Source: Bacillota bacterium (GTDB taxonomy: Bacteria > Bacillota > Sulfobacillia > JAMDAP01 > JAJYMS01). From it: a stretch of 24,000 nt of DNA. The translations under genes and the position numbers were made by a program. Where the stretch lies: NCBI GenBank assembly GCA_021786825.1, contig JAJYMS010000178.1:4570-28569 (forward strand), in the 5' to 3' direction. Position 1 is the stretch's first letter, and every line of letters starts with the position of its first letter. Positions 23,429 to 24,000 of this stretch are shown here, one piece after another. The notes below the pieces were generated by a model, which saw only the letters and a program-made list of their open reading frames with translations, was not told the origin of the DNA and ran no database searches.

Positions 23429-24000
23429 TGCTGTCACCCCTGTTGTCGGTTTCGGCATGGCCGGCGGGGCGCCGTCCCAGGTTCATGAGAAAGCTGAGGA
23501 TGACCGCGCCGGTGACCGCTCCCATGAGCGACTTGCCGGCTGGCTGCACAAAGTTCTTCCAGGTCGAAACGTAGCCCGGAATGGAAGCGGCCGCGGGCAG
23601 ATAGTCCGGCTGGAGGTTCTTGGGGGCCACGTAGAGGATTGAGGTCCCCGGTACGCGGTGGGCTGTCCGGCGGGCGAGGGCCCTGGCGATCTCGCTGTCG
23701 GGATTCTCGGTGTCCCCGAAGAGCCGTGCCAGAGCCATGCAGGTTTGGACACAGGCCGGAGACTGCCCCTGCTGGACCCTCTCGTAGCAAAAGGAGCACT
23801 TCTGCGCGACTTTGCGCGTTTCGTCAAACACCCGGGCGTCGTACGGGCAGGCGTTAAGGCAGTACTGGCAGCCGATGCACTTCTCCTCATCGACCACGAC
23901 AAAGCCGCTGTCAAGCTTTGCCGACGCGCCGCTCGGGCAGACGCGGACGCAGGGAGGATCGTCGCAGTGCATGCACTGAGTCGTGACCACGGCTCCCCCC
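23415..24000 (-). CDS. FdnH/DmsB-type 4x[4Fe-4S] subunit with a C-terminal membrane anchor (5' end off-window)
   Basis: The frame stays open to the window edge. Motifs: CMHCDDPPCVRVCP, CIGCQYCLNACP, and CSFC...ACVQTC. A C-terminal hydrophobic helix (LMGAVTGAVILSFLMNL) resembles FdnH. The catalytic subunit gene is presumably further upstream, beyond 24000. Confidence 0.85.
   Translation of the reverse strand, partial: GGAVVTTQCMHCDDPPCVRVCPSGASAKLDSGFVVVDEEKCIGCQYCLNACPYDARVFDETRKVAQKCSFCYERVQQGQSPACVQTCMALARLFGDTENPDSEIARALARRTAHRVPGTSILYVAPKNLQPDYLPAAASIPGYVSTWKNFVQPAGKSLMGAVTGAVILSFLMNLGRRPAGHAETDNRGDSNERS

Overview
High-GC (roughly 65%) and gene-dense. The RBS style, a lipobox, SCIFF and a Gly/Tyr-rich small protein suggest an anaerobic, probably thermophilic Firmicute/Clostridia-like chromosome. 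I see no mobile element, CRISPR array, tRNA/rRNA or obvious defence system. Left to right: (1) the 3' end of an ORF carrying seven tandem 15-bp repeats (KGLTP pentapeptide). (2) A FabL-like enoyl-ACP reductase. (3) A SCIFF RiPP pair: a 58-aa six-cysteine precursor absent from the supplied ORF track (below its length cutoff), abutted by its radical SAM/SPASM maturase. (4) A convergent SAM methyltransferase. (5) A small Gly/Pro/Tyr-rich protein. (6) An amino-acid/2-oxoacid catabolic stretch: acyl-CoA dehydrogenase, tryptophanase, proline dehydrogenase, and a 2-oxoacid:ferredoxin oxidoreductase built from two fused polypeptides (gamma-delta and alpha-beta). (7) A compositionally deviant (about 53% GC) DNA-3-methyladenine glycosylase I. 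(8) A PhnD-like lipoprotein, a HAMP/HisKA_3 histidine kinase and a NarL-type response regulator joined by overlapping stop/start codons, followed by tandem terminators. (9) A ttrBCA-ordered Tat-exported molybdoenzyme operon (FeS subunit, NrfD-type membrane subunit, 1064-aa catalytic subunit). (10) On the minus strand, convergent with it, the distal part of a second molybdoenzyme-type operon: FdnH-like FeS subunit (5' end off-window), FdnI/PhsC-like cytochrome b, TorD-family chaperone and a 407-aa polyferredoxin. The most interesting items are the hidden SCIFF precursor, the split (binding protein plus kinase) Ttr-like sensor next to ttrBCA-like genes, the unusual OFOR subunit fusion, and the polyferredoxin/chaperone pair. 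The many long antisense ORFs are high-GC shadow ORFs and are rejected.
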